The notes under the pieces: model-generated
Told to the model about the DNA's origin: nothing
The model's input: only the letters and a program-made list of their open reading frames with translations
Database searches by the model: none
Made by a program: the position numbers and the translations under genes
Shown here: positions 10,739-28,121 of the stretch, one piece after another
How positions within the stretch are numbered: position 1 is the first letter of the stretch
How the letters are laid out: every line of letters starts with the position of its first letter
Source of the DNA: an uncultured Armatimonadia bacterium
GTDB taxonomy: Bacteria; Armatimonadota; Zipacnadia; CAVVLO01
Length of the DNA: 64,000 nt
Assembly (NCBI GenBank): GCA_963749155.1
Contig: CAVVLO010000001.1
Coordinates: forward strand, 320,001 to 384,000
Direction of reading: 5' to 3'

Positions 10739-13153
10739 TTAGCCCTCCAACCGCAGCAGCGCATTGATGATCCGCTCTCGCACAGTGTCCAGATTATCGC
10801 CTGCAAAGGGACGCCCGTCGTTGCTGGCTAGCCACTGTCTGAGTTCAGCAACGAGTTCTGGCTTGTCGGTTGTATTGTCCAGCGCTTCGAGCAGTGTCGC
10901 GAGATACCTGAGGTCGGTGCTGCCTTCTCGATAACCTTCCCACTGCACGGTCGGGATGGGCGCGCCAACACCCGGATAGGTCATCATCGCGTGGCGGTAT
11001 TCACTGGAAACGAAGTCGTCCCAGCAGTTGCCCATCGCTCCCCGGTAGGCCCAGGTGCAACCGCCATCCACACCGACTTCCCAGAGTTGCAGTCCATAGT
11101 TGTTGCGCCAGACCCAGGGATCCTCCGGCCCACCGAAGGGCGCGGCGTAGCGCATTATTTTGTGTCCTGCGCCGTGGACCGCCTCAATTGCTTCGGGCGT
11201 GGGATAGCCCTGGATGTTCGGCAGGTCCAGCTCCGTGAGGCAGATGCCTGCGAAGTCGCCAAGTGCTGCCACCCAGTTGCGCCCGCCCAGCTCCTGGACC
11301 ACCCTGAAGGCCGGCACTTCGGCTCTCAGCGCTTCTCCAGAGGCCTCGTCTATACCATAGAGATAAGCCCCCTCGTAGCCAAACTCCTCGGCCAGGGCAT
11401 TAACCGCGTCGATGGTCGCCTTGAGTTTGGCGCGCTTCTCTTCCTCAGGGGCTGAATCCCCCAGATAGCTGCCTGCCGCATACCCGCCAAGGGTCAGCAG
11501 TGGGCCGCGGTTCAGCCCCGCTGCCTTGCGCAGGGCGAGCTCGGTGCGGGCGGCTTCCATATCTACTTCGTTGCCCTTCGTTGGCAGGCTGTAGGTGGGA
11601 TCGGTCAGCCCGTGAGCTGCAAGGTCGGCCAGCAGCGCCTCGTAGTCCTCGCCCTCGTAGGAGGGTCTGCTGAAGTACATCGAGGCTATAATTGGGTTCT
11701 CTGCAAGCTGGAAGGGCAGCACTTCGATGGTCAGCGGCACCGATAGCGTCCTGTGGCCTCGCGCAGTGAATTCTACCGTGCCGTAATAAGTGCCGGGCTT
11801 CGCCTTTTCTCCGCACTTGACAGTGAACCAGAGCTGCTTTGTCCACAGGGCCGGCAGTGCGAAGGGCACAAGCTCCGGGGCGTCGCGCAGAGCCGCGTTG
11901 GGCTCGACTGCGAGCAGGTTGCGCCCGCGGATCAGATCAACGCGCACGGCAGTGTCATCGTGAAGCAACAACTCGGGCACGAGCCGCTTGCCGCTCGGCA
12001 CAAGGTCCTCTCGCCCCGCCTGATACCAGCAGGCGACCACGCGGATGTCGATAGAGGCATCGAGGGTCCACCCCTCAGCCGAGTGCAGCCCTGATACCCG
12101 GACCCGCACCCGGTCGACGTCCTCACGCGAAAGCACCGCCACCGTGAAAGGCGCCACCTGGCTGCGCGCCATCCGCAGCCGGAGAGGGGCGTTTACCTCT
12201 GCTGCCCTGGGGAGGGTGGTCGGCACTAGATAATCGTTACGCTCGATTGCCGGACGTGTGAAGGCCACCCAGTCGGGATTGGTCTCGTAGTATTGAGCCT
12301 GGAGGAAGGCAAGCTGCGCAGCCTTGGCGGCGGCCAGCTCGCTCACGCGCAGCAGCAGTTCCTGCTGGGCCCGCAATTCTCTGATGCGCTCTCCCAGTGC
12401 CTCGTCACTCTCGGGAAGGGCTTGCTCAGCGGTAGCCTGCCTGAGCGCACGCGAGGCATCGCCTCCCACTTCGGCAAGCTCCGTGATGGCAGGATTCACC
12501 GGCAGCGCGGCCTTGAGAATCGCCAGGTCTTTTTCGAATTGCTCCCCAACGACCAGTGCTTGTCCCGCTCCTTCGAGGGTCTTGCCCCACTTCAGCTTGC
12601 GCCTGGCCTGTTGGGCTTCAGCTTCGGTGGCGAACTCCCGGTCTGCAAGCCCCTTGACGCGCACCAACACTCGCCGCACGGGCGGTTTATGCTCTGGAAA
12701 AGCTACTCGCAGGTCCGCGCCGTGATTCTCGCTATTCGAGAACCAGGCTCCAGCCAGTTCAAACACGGCCTCATCCCACTGGCCTGTGCCCTTCATCTGC
12801 ACCGTGTTGGCCGAACGGAAGGCATGTTGATAGCCGTCCACCAGCGCATCGTAGTTGATGACGATCTCACCTGGCTTCTCGTCAAGATACTCGACCACCA
12901 GCTCGCAGTCCAGGTCGGCCTTGAAGAGGAAACTATCCTCCACGTTGTAGTAGAGGAACAGCAGCGTCGGCCGCACCGCTGGCTGGCCATCGGCCTCGGT
13001 CGTTTCGTAAAGGCCGTCCTGCACTTCGACCATCGAAAGGCGGTTGCCTGTCTCGCCGGCTTGCCATTCCACCTGCCAGCGGAAGCCCTGCGCCCCCGCC
13101 GAACACGTGATCACCAATATCAGGGCAAGCCCAATCCAGCCTGTCGTACCCAT
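10739..13153 (-). CDS. Secreted protein: N-terminal CBM-like beta-sandwich, helical linker, DUF4091/DUF6067 (GH123-like) domain
   Basis: Signal peptide; KQLWFTV...PGTYYGTV, YLYGIDEA, PIPTVQWEGYREGSTDLRYL. Confidence 0.7.
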   Translation of the reverse strand: MGTTGWIGLALILVITCSAGAQGFRWQVEWQAGETGNRLSMVEVQDGLYETTEADGQPAVRPTLLFLYYNVEDSFLFKADLDCELVVEYLDEKPGEIVINYDALVDGYQHAFRSANTVQMKGTGQWDEAVFELAGAWFSNSENHGADLRVAFPEHKPPVRRVLVRVKGLADREFATEAEAQQARRKLKWGKTLEGAGQALVVGEQFEKDLAILKAALPVNPAITELAEVGGDASRALRQATAEQALPESDEALGERIRELRAQQELLLRVSELAAAKAAQLAFLQAQYYETNPDWVAFTRPAIERNDYLVPTTLPRAAEVNAPLRLRMARSQVAPFTVAVLSREDVDRVRVRVSGLHSAEGWTLDASIDIRVVACWYQAGREDLVPSGKRLVPELLLHDDTAVRVDLIRGRNLLAVEPNAALRDAPELVPFALPALWTKQLWFTVKCGEKAKPGTYYGTVEFTARGHRTLSVPLTIEVLPFQLAENPIIASMYFSRPSYEGEDYEALLADLAAHGLTDPTYSLPTKGNEVDMEAARTELALRKAAGLNRGPLLTLGGYAAGSYLGDSAPEEEKRAKLKATIDAVNALAEEFGYEGAYLYGIDEASGEALRAEVPAFRVVQELGGRNWVAALGDFAGICLTELDLPNIQGYPTPEAIEAVHGAGHKIMRYAAPFGGPEDPWVWRNNYGLQLWEVGVDGGCTWAYRGAMGNCWDDFVSSEYRHAMMTYPGVGAPIPTVQWEGYREGSTDLRYLATLLEALDNTTDKPELVAELRQWLASNDGRPFAGDNLDTVRERIINALLRLEG

Positions 13154-13156
13154 CTT

Positions 13157-15830
13157 CTACTCCTCCGCAAGCTCCAGGTTGTCTAGGTAGCAGCTTCCGG
13201 CTACTTCACCGGGAGCAGTGAAGCCAAGCCAGGTAAGGCGCTCAAAGGCTGGATCTCCATACGGGAAACTACCATGGAACTCTTGACCGTCCGCAAGTCG
13301 GGCGGTCACTTCGAAACTTGCGCCTTTGTCAGGCCCCACAGCGAAGACGACAGTAAGGTGAACCCACTTGCCCAGCGGCAGTTGCCCGAGAGTCTGACCG
13401 CTGGCTTTGAGCGCGCCATCGGCTTCGATATCAAGTCTGACGCCAGTGCGGTAGGCGGTCTGGCTCCAGTCGCGCGCCTCGATGTTCAGCGCGCAGGCGC
13501 CCTCTGCTGGCAGCAACAAGTCGAAGGCCAGCCGCACCTTGCCACTGTAAACTGCTGGCTCGTAGTACCAGTGAGGCGCGAAACCAGGCTCGACCGGCCC
13601 ATCGGTCACCTTCAGCGATTGGGTCCCACTGAACCGCTGTTCGTTAGTCACTGCCAGCCCAGTACCCTCAGGCACCGCAAACAGCGCGCGCATCGGTGTC
13701 CGGCCAAGACTCACGCGCTCGAAATCCTCGAGGAAGAACTCCGGCTGACGCGGAGGCGCCGGCGGGGCGTCGGCCCGGGGCGGGTACTTGCCGGGAAGAG
13801 AAGTCCATTCCACTGGCCCATAGAGTCCAGCGGTCTCAAAGGCCTGCGAGGCCAGCTTAAGCCGCGCGCCGCCCAGGGCAAGCAGCCGGCGAACGGCCTC
13901 TTCAGAGTCACCAGGCAGCGCCTCGGGCAGCACCTTCCCGTCCCCATCGCGCCCCTGCCCCTGCCAGTCGGAAAAGGGCTTGCCATCGAAGAGGGGCGTC
14001 ACATCCTGCGGTACCACCCAGAGGTTATCCGAGGCGTCCAGCTTCGACCAGGCGTTCTCAACGAAGGCGAACTGGGAGGTCGGCGCCAGCACATTGCCCG
14101 CCAGGTCGAACATCGAGGCGAAATCCTGCGCATGGTTGATCCATACTGCCACCGGCGAGAGGCCAAAGAGATTACCGCGAAGCTCGTTGGTGTGGCCATA
14201 GTTGATGAAATAGGCTGCTCCGCTCACGTTGTAGACGACATTGCCCTCGACCAGATAGCCGACCGCGCCTTCATCGTTGTAGATACCCGACCCCTCGGTC
14301 GGCGCATCGCCAAGGCCCTTGGCCAGGTGACCGTTGTAGTATTTGGGATAGGCCAGCACATCGTGGACCACGTTGCCGCGCAGCACGCTGCCAGGCGATT
14401 CGCCCAGCGTGTAGATGGCGCCCATATCCGAAAGCATGCCGTGGCCGATGTGGTGGACGCGATTGAACTCGATCACATTGTCATGAGCGGTGGTTGGCTG
14501 ATAGCCCCACTGCCAGCCCACGCTGATACCGATATGCAGGAAGTCGCTGACCTCCGAGTGGCGTATCGTGTTGTAAGAACTGCGGCCGATTAGTATCCCC
14601 GGCCCGCCCGCGAAGAGCAGCGCTCCATCGTGAACATAGCAGTTTTCAACAGTGATGCGCTCCACTGCCTGAGCCTCGTCCGGAGCCGTTTCCGGCTCGC
14701 CGATACGCAATCCACCAGCGCCGAGATCATGGATATGGCATCGCTCCAGCCGGCAGTCCTGGCTGCCGCGCCTGAGCCACAATCCGTGCTCACCAATATG
14801 AGCAATCTCGCAGTCGAGGAAGGCGCACTCTCTGGCGCCCGTCACCATCACAGCTGCCCGTTGAGCGACCGCGGCCTGGGAGACCCCCTTGCCCTCGCGC
14901 GGCAGCTCGGCGTCCGCATAGGCAAAGGTCAGTCCCTCGAAGCGCAGGTCCTCGACAAACCGGCCCTCCTCTGGCTTGCCTTCCACCACCAGGAGGGTCG
15001 GCGCCAGCCTGGGCACAACCACTTCGGCCTTCGTCATATCTTCTCCAGCCAGTGGCCAGTAGTAGAGCCACCCTTCGCGCGCGTCCAGCCACCACTCGCC
15101 TGCGCGGGTCAGCCCCTCGCGCACGCCTTCAATCCAGTAGCGCCGATGGGCCTCCCAGGGGGGATAATGCCCGCCCCAGGGGATGTCCGGGGTGCTCAGC
15201 TCGACATACTTTGCTGCCATATCGAGGCTGTCAACCCAGTGATAGCTGCTCTCCCACAGGTGCAGCATAAACAGCAACCCGTCCTCGGTGAGGTGGGAGA
15301 GACCCTCCAGGTCGGTTTCCTGGTAGTAGAAACCCTTCTCGCGCAGTTGCCGCACTCGGAAGTAGCCTTCGTCGGGCAGCCGGGCGCACTGACGGCGCGC
15401 TCCATCTACCCAGAGCTGATGAAAACGCTTGCCGGACTCGACCTTTGCGCGCATTACACCCTCGGGGAAGCCTTTGCCTGCTGGCTCCCAGCCTGTCACG
15501 AAGCTGCCACCCGAGAGCACGGCGCGCTCACCGGGGCGGCTTCGCCAGGTCGCGCCCGAGTCGCGCTCGTCCATCACAAGCGGCTCTGCCAGCTCGTAAT
15601 TACCCCCTGCCAGTTCGATGGTGACAGTCTCGCCTGCCGCAAGAAGAGTCCGGGCGGCGTCTCTTGCGCCTTGCGGGAGTGGCAAGTGGCCCATCGGTCA
15701 ACCCGGCCGTCCTGAACCGCAGTCTGCCGGACCAGTCATCGTTGCCGCCGGGGCTAACGTAAAGTGTGACTTCAGCCGCCATTACCGAGCCTCCAAGAAG
15801 CAAAAGGATTACCAGGAGTAGACTTCTCAT
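13157..15830 (-). CDS. Secreted right-handed beta-helix protein with C-terminal CBM-like domain (frameshift near 15676)
   Basis: ORF 15600..15830 has the signal peptide and LYVSPGGNDDWSG..DGPLAT; it joins ORF 13157..15694 (GISVGWQWGY, LSDMGAIYTLG, GIYNDEG) if one base of a GGG run is removed. Confidence 0.85.
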
Positions 15831-17257
15831 CCGCCAAGCTCCCTGCGCGCCGCAGTCAATACTTCCTCAAGGGCTTGCTCTGTATCATCGGCAAGCGGCG
15901 GGACATCGCTCGTGGCCAGCAACTCGGCTTTGCGGTGCCGGCAGCGCTCCTCAAGCGACAGCGCCCCCTGCTCGAGCCAGCCCTGATAATACTGGCGGTC
16001 CAGCAGCCGCGGGAACCACAACTCACTTCGGAACCTGTCCGCTGTGAAATCGCGGTCGAGATAACCGCCGCCGGGTCCTGCGACCTCGATCTCGGCCAGT
16101 CCCAGCGCTTCATCGGAAAGGTCTACCTCCCGCAGGACACTCTCGACATAGTCCACGACCTCGTGTTGCAGCACCAGCATATCGAGGCTGGTCGCCTGAT
16201 CCACCCCTGCGATGCCCAGGTGTCCGAAGATGTCCGCCCCTGCCGCCGCACCTGGCAGCAAGGTCGCCGCAGTCTCCAGCCCCGCCTGGGCGTCAGGTCG
16301 TTTGGAATCCGTCAGCCCGACATTTATGTAGACGGGCAGCCCCAGCCACTTGCCAAGCTCTGTCATCGCCACGCCCAGCAACGCTTGCTCGGGTCCGGCG
16401 AAGACAAGCTGCGTGGTGCGCATATCGAAGGCATGGGGGATGCCCCCGTACATCACCGGAAGCCCTGGGCGGATGAGCTGCGTGATCGCGATGCCGGCGA
16501 GTATCTCGGCGTGCTCCTGCACAATCGTCCCGGCGAGGCTCATCGGTGCCGAGAGGCCCATCTGAGCCATCGGCCCAACTGGCACCGGCAGGTTCAGTTC
16601 GGCTGTCTCGAACAGCAGATCTACCCCGTCGAAGGGAAACCGGAGCGGCGAGATAGGTTCAAGGAAGGGGTAGCAGAGGGGATAGTCCTCGGCCAGGCTC
16701 CGGCTGCCGCGCAAAGCGACCATCAACTCAATCAGGAATCGCGTCGAGGCCCGGTCGTGGAACCAGAAATGCACAGGCCTGGTCGTGTGACGGAGGAGCG
16801 AAGCGAACACCTCAACCGGCCGCAGGCGAACCGGCACATCGCTCGGGTCGGTCATCGCGCCGACCACACTGATGCGCTCCAGCCCCTCGGCAAAGCGCGC
16901 AGCGGTGGCGACATCGGCCAGCCGAGCCGGCCGGCGCGCTCCCCCTGGCTCATCAACCCAGAAGGCCTCGCCCGCGATGCTGTTGTAGTTGCGCTGCCCC
17001 TGCCCAAACCGCGCCGTCCTTTTCAGGTCGCGCCCGTAGAGGGTGAACTCGGCGCCCGCCTTCCAGACAAGATGCATCACCAGTTCGGGCTCGGCGCGGA
17101 CGCGCTGACTCTGGAAGTCTACTTCGGCGCCCTCATCGGCGAACCGGGCCAGCACCTCCGGATGGGGTACCTGCAACCCGACGCGTTCCAGCACGGCAAG
17201 CGCGGCCTCGTGCAGCCGTATGAGTTGCCCCTCGTCCAGGAGGCTCGCTTTCAGCAC
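15827..17257 (-). CDS. Trimethylamine methyltransferase (MttB) superfamily protein, non-pyrrolysine
   Basis: IHEAAL.VLERVG-type N-terminus, PISPLRF, APMSLAGTIVQEHAEILAG, GLTDSKRPDAQAG, GPGGGYL. Leu lies at the Pyl-equivalent position and there is no in-frame TAG. Confidence 0.9.
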   Translation of the reverse strand: MLKASLLDEGQLIRLHEAALAVLERVGLQVPHPEVLARFADEGAEVDFQSQRVRAEPELVMHLVWKAGAEFTLYGRDLKRTARFGQGQRNYNSIAGEAFWVDEPGGARRPARLADVATAARFAEGLERISVVGAMTDPSDVPVRLRPVEVFASLLRHTTRPVHFWFHDRASTRFLIELMVALRGSRSLAEDYPLCYPFLEPISPLRFPFDGVDLLFETAELNLPVPVGPMAQMGLSAPMSLAGTIVQEHAEILAGIAITQLIRPGLPVMYGGIPHAFDMRTTQLVFAGPEQALLGVAMTELGKWLGLPVYINVGLTDSKRPDAQAGLETAATLLPGAAAGADIFGHLGIAGVDQATSLDMLVLQHEVVDYVESVLREVDLSDEALGLAEIEVAGPGGGYLDRDFTADRFRSELWFPRLLDRQYYQGWLEQGALSLEERCRHRKAELLATSDVPPLADDTEQALEEVLTAARRELGG

Positions 17258-19768
17258 TAGCTGCCCTCCTTCACCCTCAGCACCGTGATGGACCGGGCGG
17301 GGAAGGTCCAGTTGAAATCCTTTCCAAGGCCTTCGGCAACGGATTTTACTGGGGATACCTTGAAGGGCGCCTCGAAGCTGTTCTCATCCGCGTACTCGCC
17401 CTGTGATGACCCAGGCCGTGCCGGTCGGTGCGATCGCTTTGGCGCCTTCGATGACAATCTGGGCGGGCTGGTCTAGCGAGGAAGCGTTCACGAATTTGAG
17501 GATCAGTTCGCCGGTTTTAGCGTCCCGCCCCACCGTTGCGCGCACGCCGGGCACGCCGCTCAGCGTGAAGTCGTGGATAAGCTCTCCCTCGAGAAGACAC
17601 CGCACCCTTTCGCCTTTGACCTCGATGCGTACATCGTACCAGCGATCCGTCTCGATTTGGCCAGGCACGCTGGGAGAGACTTCGGATTTCACATTGCCGA
17701 CCGTGAGCTCGACCGCGTGGCGCACATTGCCCCAACCGCCCAGGTTCCACCAGGCCGAGTTCCAGCCGTCCGCAACACGGAACATAACGATAAAACCTTC
17801 AGCTCCCTCCAGCTTGCGCGCCTTGAGAGAGAGCGTGTAGTCCTCCCAGTCGTTGTGCGGCAGCCAGATCCGCCCATCGAGGCCGAAACCAGTCTGGCGG
17901 AAGATGCCCTCCTCCACCTGCCAGTTGCCCCCGCCGATGCGCCACCCCTCGAGGTTGCTCTCAGGGCCGCTCTGATAAAGCACCTGACCGTCCGAGTCTG
18001 TTACGACGACGTCCTTATATTCCACCGAAGTGCCCCAGGAGGTGAATCCTATACCCCCCGCCGGTACCGGGCGCGACAACTCGGTATCGCACTTCAGTTC
18101 GAAGGGCACTGTCTCGGTCGGCAGGTTGCGCGCGAACAGCCACTGCGCCCAGTAGGAGGGCGTGCCGTACACCTGATGGCTGTTGAAACAGATGAGGTCG
18201 GGGTTCCACTTGCGGTTGTCCATATTCACGAACAGGGGCGCATAGGAGGCCATATCAACGATATCGCCGTTGTTCTCGAAGCCCGTCATAAAGCCCGCCT
18301 CGGACAGCGCCGCGATATGGTTGCCCAGGCCCGCGCCCGCCACCATCGCGTACTCGCCCACGTAAATCTTCGGGCCACTTCGATCATAGGTATTGTAGCG
18401 ATCGGCCTGCTGCATAAAGAACTGCGGGGTCGAGTAGAAATGCTCATCCACGATTTCCATCGGCGCCTCGGGAACCGGTACGTTGGCGATCAGCTCGAGG
18501 TCGGGATATTTGGCCTTCAGCGCGTTGAAGAAACGCTTGTAGCGCGTGTTGTAGGCCGGCCCGGAGTTCTCGTTGCCAATCTCCAGCAGCTTCAGGCCGA
18601 AGGGCGCAGGATGCCCGGCCGCCGCCCTGAGCGCGCCCCACTTGCTGTCCACAGGGCCGTTGGCATATTCCAGCGCGTCCAGTACGTCCTGGATGTAGGA
18701 GTCCAGTTCTTCCTCGGGCACCAGCTCGCTGCCGCGCGCCTGGCACATCATCCCGCAGTTGAAGACGAACATCGGCTCGGCGCCGAGGTCTTCGGCCAGT
18801 TGCAGATACTCGTGGAAGCCCAACCCGTTGGTCGCGCGATAGCCCCACAGGTTGTAGTTGCTGCCGCGCTCTTCGATTGGCCCGATGGTACGCTTCCAGT
18901 CGAAGGCAGTGCCCCGCGAGATGCCCTCTACGATGCACCCGCCGGGGAAACGCAGGAAGCCAGGCGCAAGGTCGGCCAGCATAGCCGCGAGGTCCGACCT
19001 GAGGCCGTTCTCTCGTGAATTATAGGTCGCCTGGGGGAAGAGTGAGACGACGTCCAGCCAGTAGGTGCCTGGCTCAGTGGCGGTAATCACCAGCCTGGCT
19101 TTCGGGTCGGTCGCGGTCGAGGCCAGCTGCAGGCCGAACTGGCGCCCTTCGGCGCCGATACTCGTGATACTTCCCGAGGCATAGCGTTCTCCATCCGCGC
19201 CTTCCAGGCTGACGTTTAGCGCGCCATGTCCAGCGGCGACTTTGACAAAGCACGAGAAGCCATAAGTGGCATTTTCGACCACCGAGAGGCCCCAGAAGCC
19301 CTCGTTCATTATGCCCACGCGGCCACCTTCGGTACGGGTGGCTTCGAGGCGCAAGGTAACAGGATTGGTCTCGTTCAGGCGCATATCATAATCGAGTGTC
19401 ACGCTGCCCTGGGCGGCCCCTTCCAGCACCGGCGTCCAGCCGGGGATGCCCTCCGGCTCGGGCCAGGCGTCCTCCCAGCCCGCGGGATTACGCAGTTTGC
19501 CATCCGCGACAGTGCAGCCCTCGGGCGGCAGGCTGTCTTCGAAGGAGCGGTTGCGCACCAGCTCTGCATAAAGACCCCCGTCGGCCGAATGGTTGATGTC
19601 TTCGAAGAAGAGCCCATATAACCGCTGGCTAATCGGCACGCCAGCCTTGTCTCGGTGGATTACGAGTCGCGCGATGTCCATCCCAGAAGCCTCCTCATCG
19701 GTTGGCAGCACCCAGCCAGGCCAGGCCAGGCATGCAATACAAACGCACAAAACCAGTAGAACCCTCAT
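17257..19768 (-). CDS. Secreted GH51 alpha-L-arabinofuranosidase with inserted DUF1080-like beta-sandwich (frameshift near 17400)
   Basis: GLFFEDINHSADGGLYAELVRNRSFE, FLRFPGGC, EIGNEN, VDEHFY, YVGEYA, MASYAPLF; the C-terminal ENSFEAP...FPARSITVLR lies in the adjacent frame after an extra base in a homopolymer. Confidence 0.92.
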
Positions 19769-19799
19769 CAGGCACCCCTCCTGTGAAAGGTATTCCTAG

Positions 19800-19826
19800 T
19801 TCGGCTCCCGAGGGCTTCCTCCCTGC
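19800..19826 (-). promoter_or_regulatory. sigmaH-like promoter motif GCAGGG-N16-CCGAA upstream of the GH51 operon
   Basis: Motif copy ending about 30 nt before the ATG at 19768. Confidence 0.55.
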
Positions 19827-19850
19827 GAGGAAACACCACCTCGAAGGCTG

Positions 19851-25814
<5,964 letters not shown>

Positions 25815-25884
25815 GCGTTAACGAGGGGGGCGGGCGCCGCTCGCCCCCTCTTCAATGGACTATGTAAAACCACTTTATCGCCAG

Positions 25885-25911
25885 GCAGGAGATTCTCTGC
25901 CGGAGAGCGAA
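25885..25911 (+). promoter_or_regulatory. sigmaH-like promoter GCAGGA-N16-GCGAA of PD40 unit 1
   Basis: Exact consensus; both boxes are conserved in all three units although the surrounding leader has diverged. Confidence 0.65.
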
Positions 25912-25961
25912 ATCCAATTTCAAACTCTCTTGCCCCGTAAATACTAAATGAGGTGACGTAA

Positions 25962-26907
25962 ATGGCTTCGCGCCACAAACTTCTCTTGAGATCCGCTCTC
26001 GCTGCCCTCGCTGTCTTTCTGATACTCAGTCTCTTGCTCGCCGGTTGCGGCGGCGGAGGCTCTTCTCCCGACCTGGTTAGTCAGATCGCCTTCGCAAGCG
26101 CCCGCGACGGCAACTATGAAATTTACGTGATGGACGCGGATGGGAGCAACCAGACCAACCTGACGAACAACGCCGCTTGGGACATATAGCCCCAGCTGGT
26201 CACCTGACGGCAGCCAGATCGCCTTCGCAAGCGAACGCGACGGCAACGAAGAAATCTATGTGATGGATGCGGATGGGAGCAACCAGACCAACCTGACGAA
26301 CAACGACTATCAGGACGACATACCCCATGCTGGTCACCCGATGGCAGCCAGATCGCCTTCCAGCAAGGCGACACGCGACGGCTAATCTACGAGCGAATCT
26401 ACGTGATGGACGCGGATGGTAGCAACCAGACTCGCCTGACGAACAACGCCGACTCTGACGACTACTGGCCCAGTTGGTCGCCCGACGGCAGCCAGATCGC
26501 CTTCGTAAGCACGCGCGACGGCAACTAGTGAGATCTACGTGATGGACGCTGATGGGGCGCAACCAGACGCGCCTGACGAACAACGCCGCTTACTGACGAA
26601 TCACCCCAGCTGGTCACCAGACGGCAGCCAGATCGCCTTCACCAGCGAACGCGACGGCAACTATGAGAGCTCTACGTGATGGACTCCAATGGCAGACCAA
26701 TATCCAACGACTCACCGAACAACGCTGCTGAATGATGACATGCCCCAGCTGGTCGCCAGATGGCAGCCAGCTCGCCTTTCACAGCGACCGCGACGGCAAC
26801 TATGAGGTTTATGTGATGGACGTCGGATGGCAGCAACCAGCTCAATCTGACTAACAACGCCGCTGACGACGGAGACCCCAGCTTGGGGACCGATGCCCGC
26901 CCTCTGA
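25962..26907 (+). pseudogene. PD40/TolB-like beta-propeller lipoprotein, copy 1, many indels (pseudogene or poorly polished consensus)
   Basis: Lipobox LAGC-GGGG, then about six ~132-nt repeats encoding [33 protein letters not shown] that switch frame repeatedly; ends WGPMPAL-TGA like its paralogues. Confidence 0.85.
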
Positions 26908-26978
26908 TATCTGCACCTTGAGGGGGGCGGGCGCCGCTCGCCCCTTTCATTTGACGATAAAAACCACTTTTTCGCCAG

Positions 26979-27005
26979 GCAGGAGATTTTTTGCTGGAGA
27001 GCGAA
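26979..27005 (+). promoter_or_regulatory. sigmaH-like promoter GCAGGA-N16-GCGAA of PD40 unit 2
   Basis: Exact consensus within the repeated leader. Confidence 0.65.
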
Positions 27006-27054
27006 ATCCAACTGCAGACCAACTTGCCTCGCAAATACTAATGAGGTGATGCAG

Positions 27055-27972
27055 ATGGCTTCAATCTCCAAGCGCCCCGGTTTACTCGTTCTCGGTTTCC
27101 TTGCTGTGTTTCTTCTACTAGGCCTTTGCCTTGCCGGTTGCGGTGGAGGCAGTTCGTCTCCTGACTTGCTAAGCATGATTGCCTTCTCGAGTACCCGCGA
27201 TGCCAACTTGGAGTTATACATAATGGATTCTGATGGAACTGGTCAGACCCGCTTAACCAGCAACGCTGATCCTGATTACGAACCGAGTTGGTCGCCAGAT
27301 GGCACTCGCCTCGCCTTCAGAACCTACCGAAATAGTAATGATGAGATCTATGCGATAGACTCCGATGGGGCCAACGAGGTCAACTTGACCAACAATTCAG
27401 CCTCCGATATTGGACCCAGCTGGTCGCCCGACGGAACGATGATTGCCTTCGTAAGCAACCGTGATGGTAACTGGGAGCTCTATGTAATGGAGGCCGATGG
27501 AAACAATCCGACACGCTTGACTGACAACGCGGTTGGTGATTTGGCGCCCACCTGGTCACCTGATGGCGAGTGGATCGCCTTCGTGAGTGAACGTGATGGT
27601 AACTGGGAGCTCTATGTGATGCAGGCTAATGGGGCTAACCAGGCGCGTCTGACCAACAATACTGTCGAAGATAACTATCCCAATTGGTCCCCTGACGGCA
27701 ACAAGCTAGCTTTTATGAGTGAGCGTGATGGCAATTGGGAGATCTACTCGATGGATGCAAGTGGGCTCAATCCTGCGCGCCTGACCAACAACGCAGCATC
27801 TGACTCACGACCATGTTGGTCGCCCGACTGCAGCCAGATTGCCTTCGTCAGTAATCGCGACAGTAACTGGGAGATCTATGTGATGGATGCCGACGGGAGC
27901 AACCAGACCAACCTGACCAACAACGGATCCTCCGACAGCCACCCCACCTGGGGACTGGTTCCAGCCCTCTGA
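27055..27972 (+). CDS. PD40/TolB-like beta-propeller lipoprotein, copy 2
   Basis: GAGGTGA RBS; lipobox LAGC-GGG; six 44-aa repeats [21 protein letters not shown]. Confidence 0.92.
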   Translation: MASISKRPGLLVLGFLAVFLLLGLCLAGCGGGSSSPDLLSMIAFSSTRDANLELYIMDSDGTGQTRLTSNADPDYEPSWSPDGTRLAFRTYRNSNDEIYAIDSDGANEVNLTNNSASDIGPSWSPDGTMIAFVSNRDGNWELYVMEADGNNPTRLTDNAVGDLAPTWSPDGEWIAFVSERDGNWELYVMQANGANQARLTNNTVEDNYPNWSPDGNKLAFMSERDGNWEIYSMDASGLNPARLTNNAASDSRPCWSPDCSQIAFVSNRDSNWEIYVMDADGSNQTNLTNNGSSDSHPTWGLVPAL

Positions 27973-28044
27973 TATCTGCACCTTGAGGGGGGCGGGCGCC
28001 GCTCGCCCCCTTACAGTTGACGATAAAAACCACTTTTTCGCCAG

Positions 28045-28071
28045 GCAGGAGATTTTTTGCTGGAAAGCGAA
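28045..28071 (+). promoter_or_regulatory. sigmaH-like promoter GCAGGA-N16-GCGAA of PD40 unit 3
   Basis: Exact consensus within the repeated leader. Confidence 0.65.
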
Positions 28072-28121
28072 ATCCAACTGCAGACTCTACTTGCCTCGCA
28101 AATACTAATGAGGTGATGCAG

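Noticed and set aside
26970..27010. Repeated leader TTCGCCAGGCAGGAGA...CTGGAGAGCGAA as a riboswitch or ncRNA
   Set aside because: It can form a loose stem, but I recognise no riboswitch consensus. Its conserved bases are explained by the promoter motif, which would place it upstream of the transcript.
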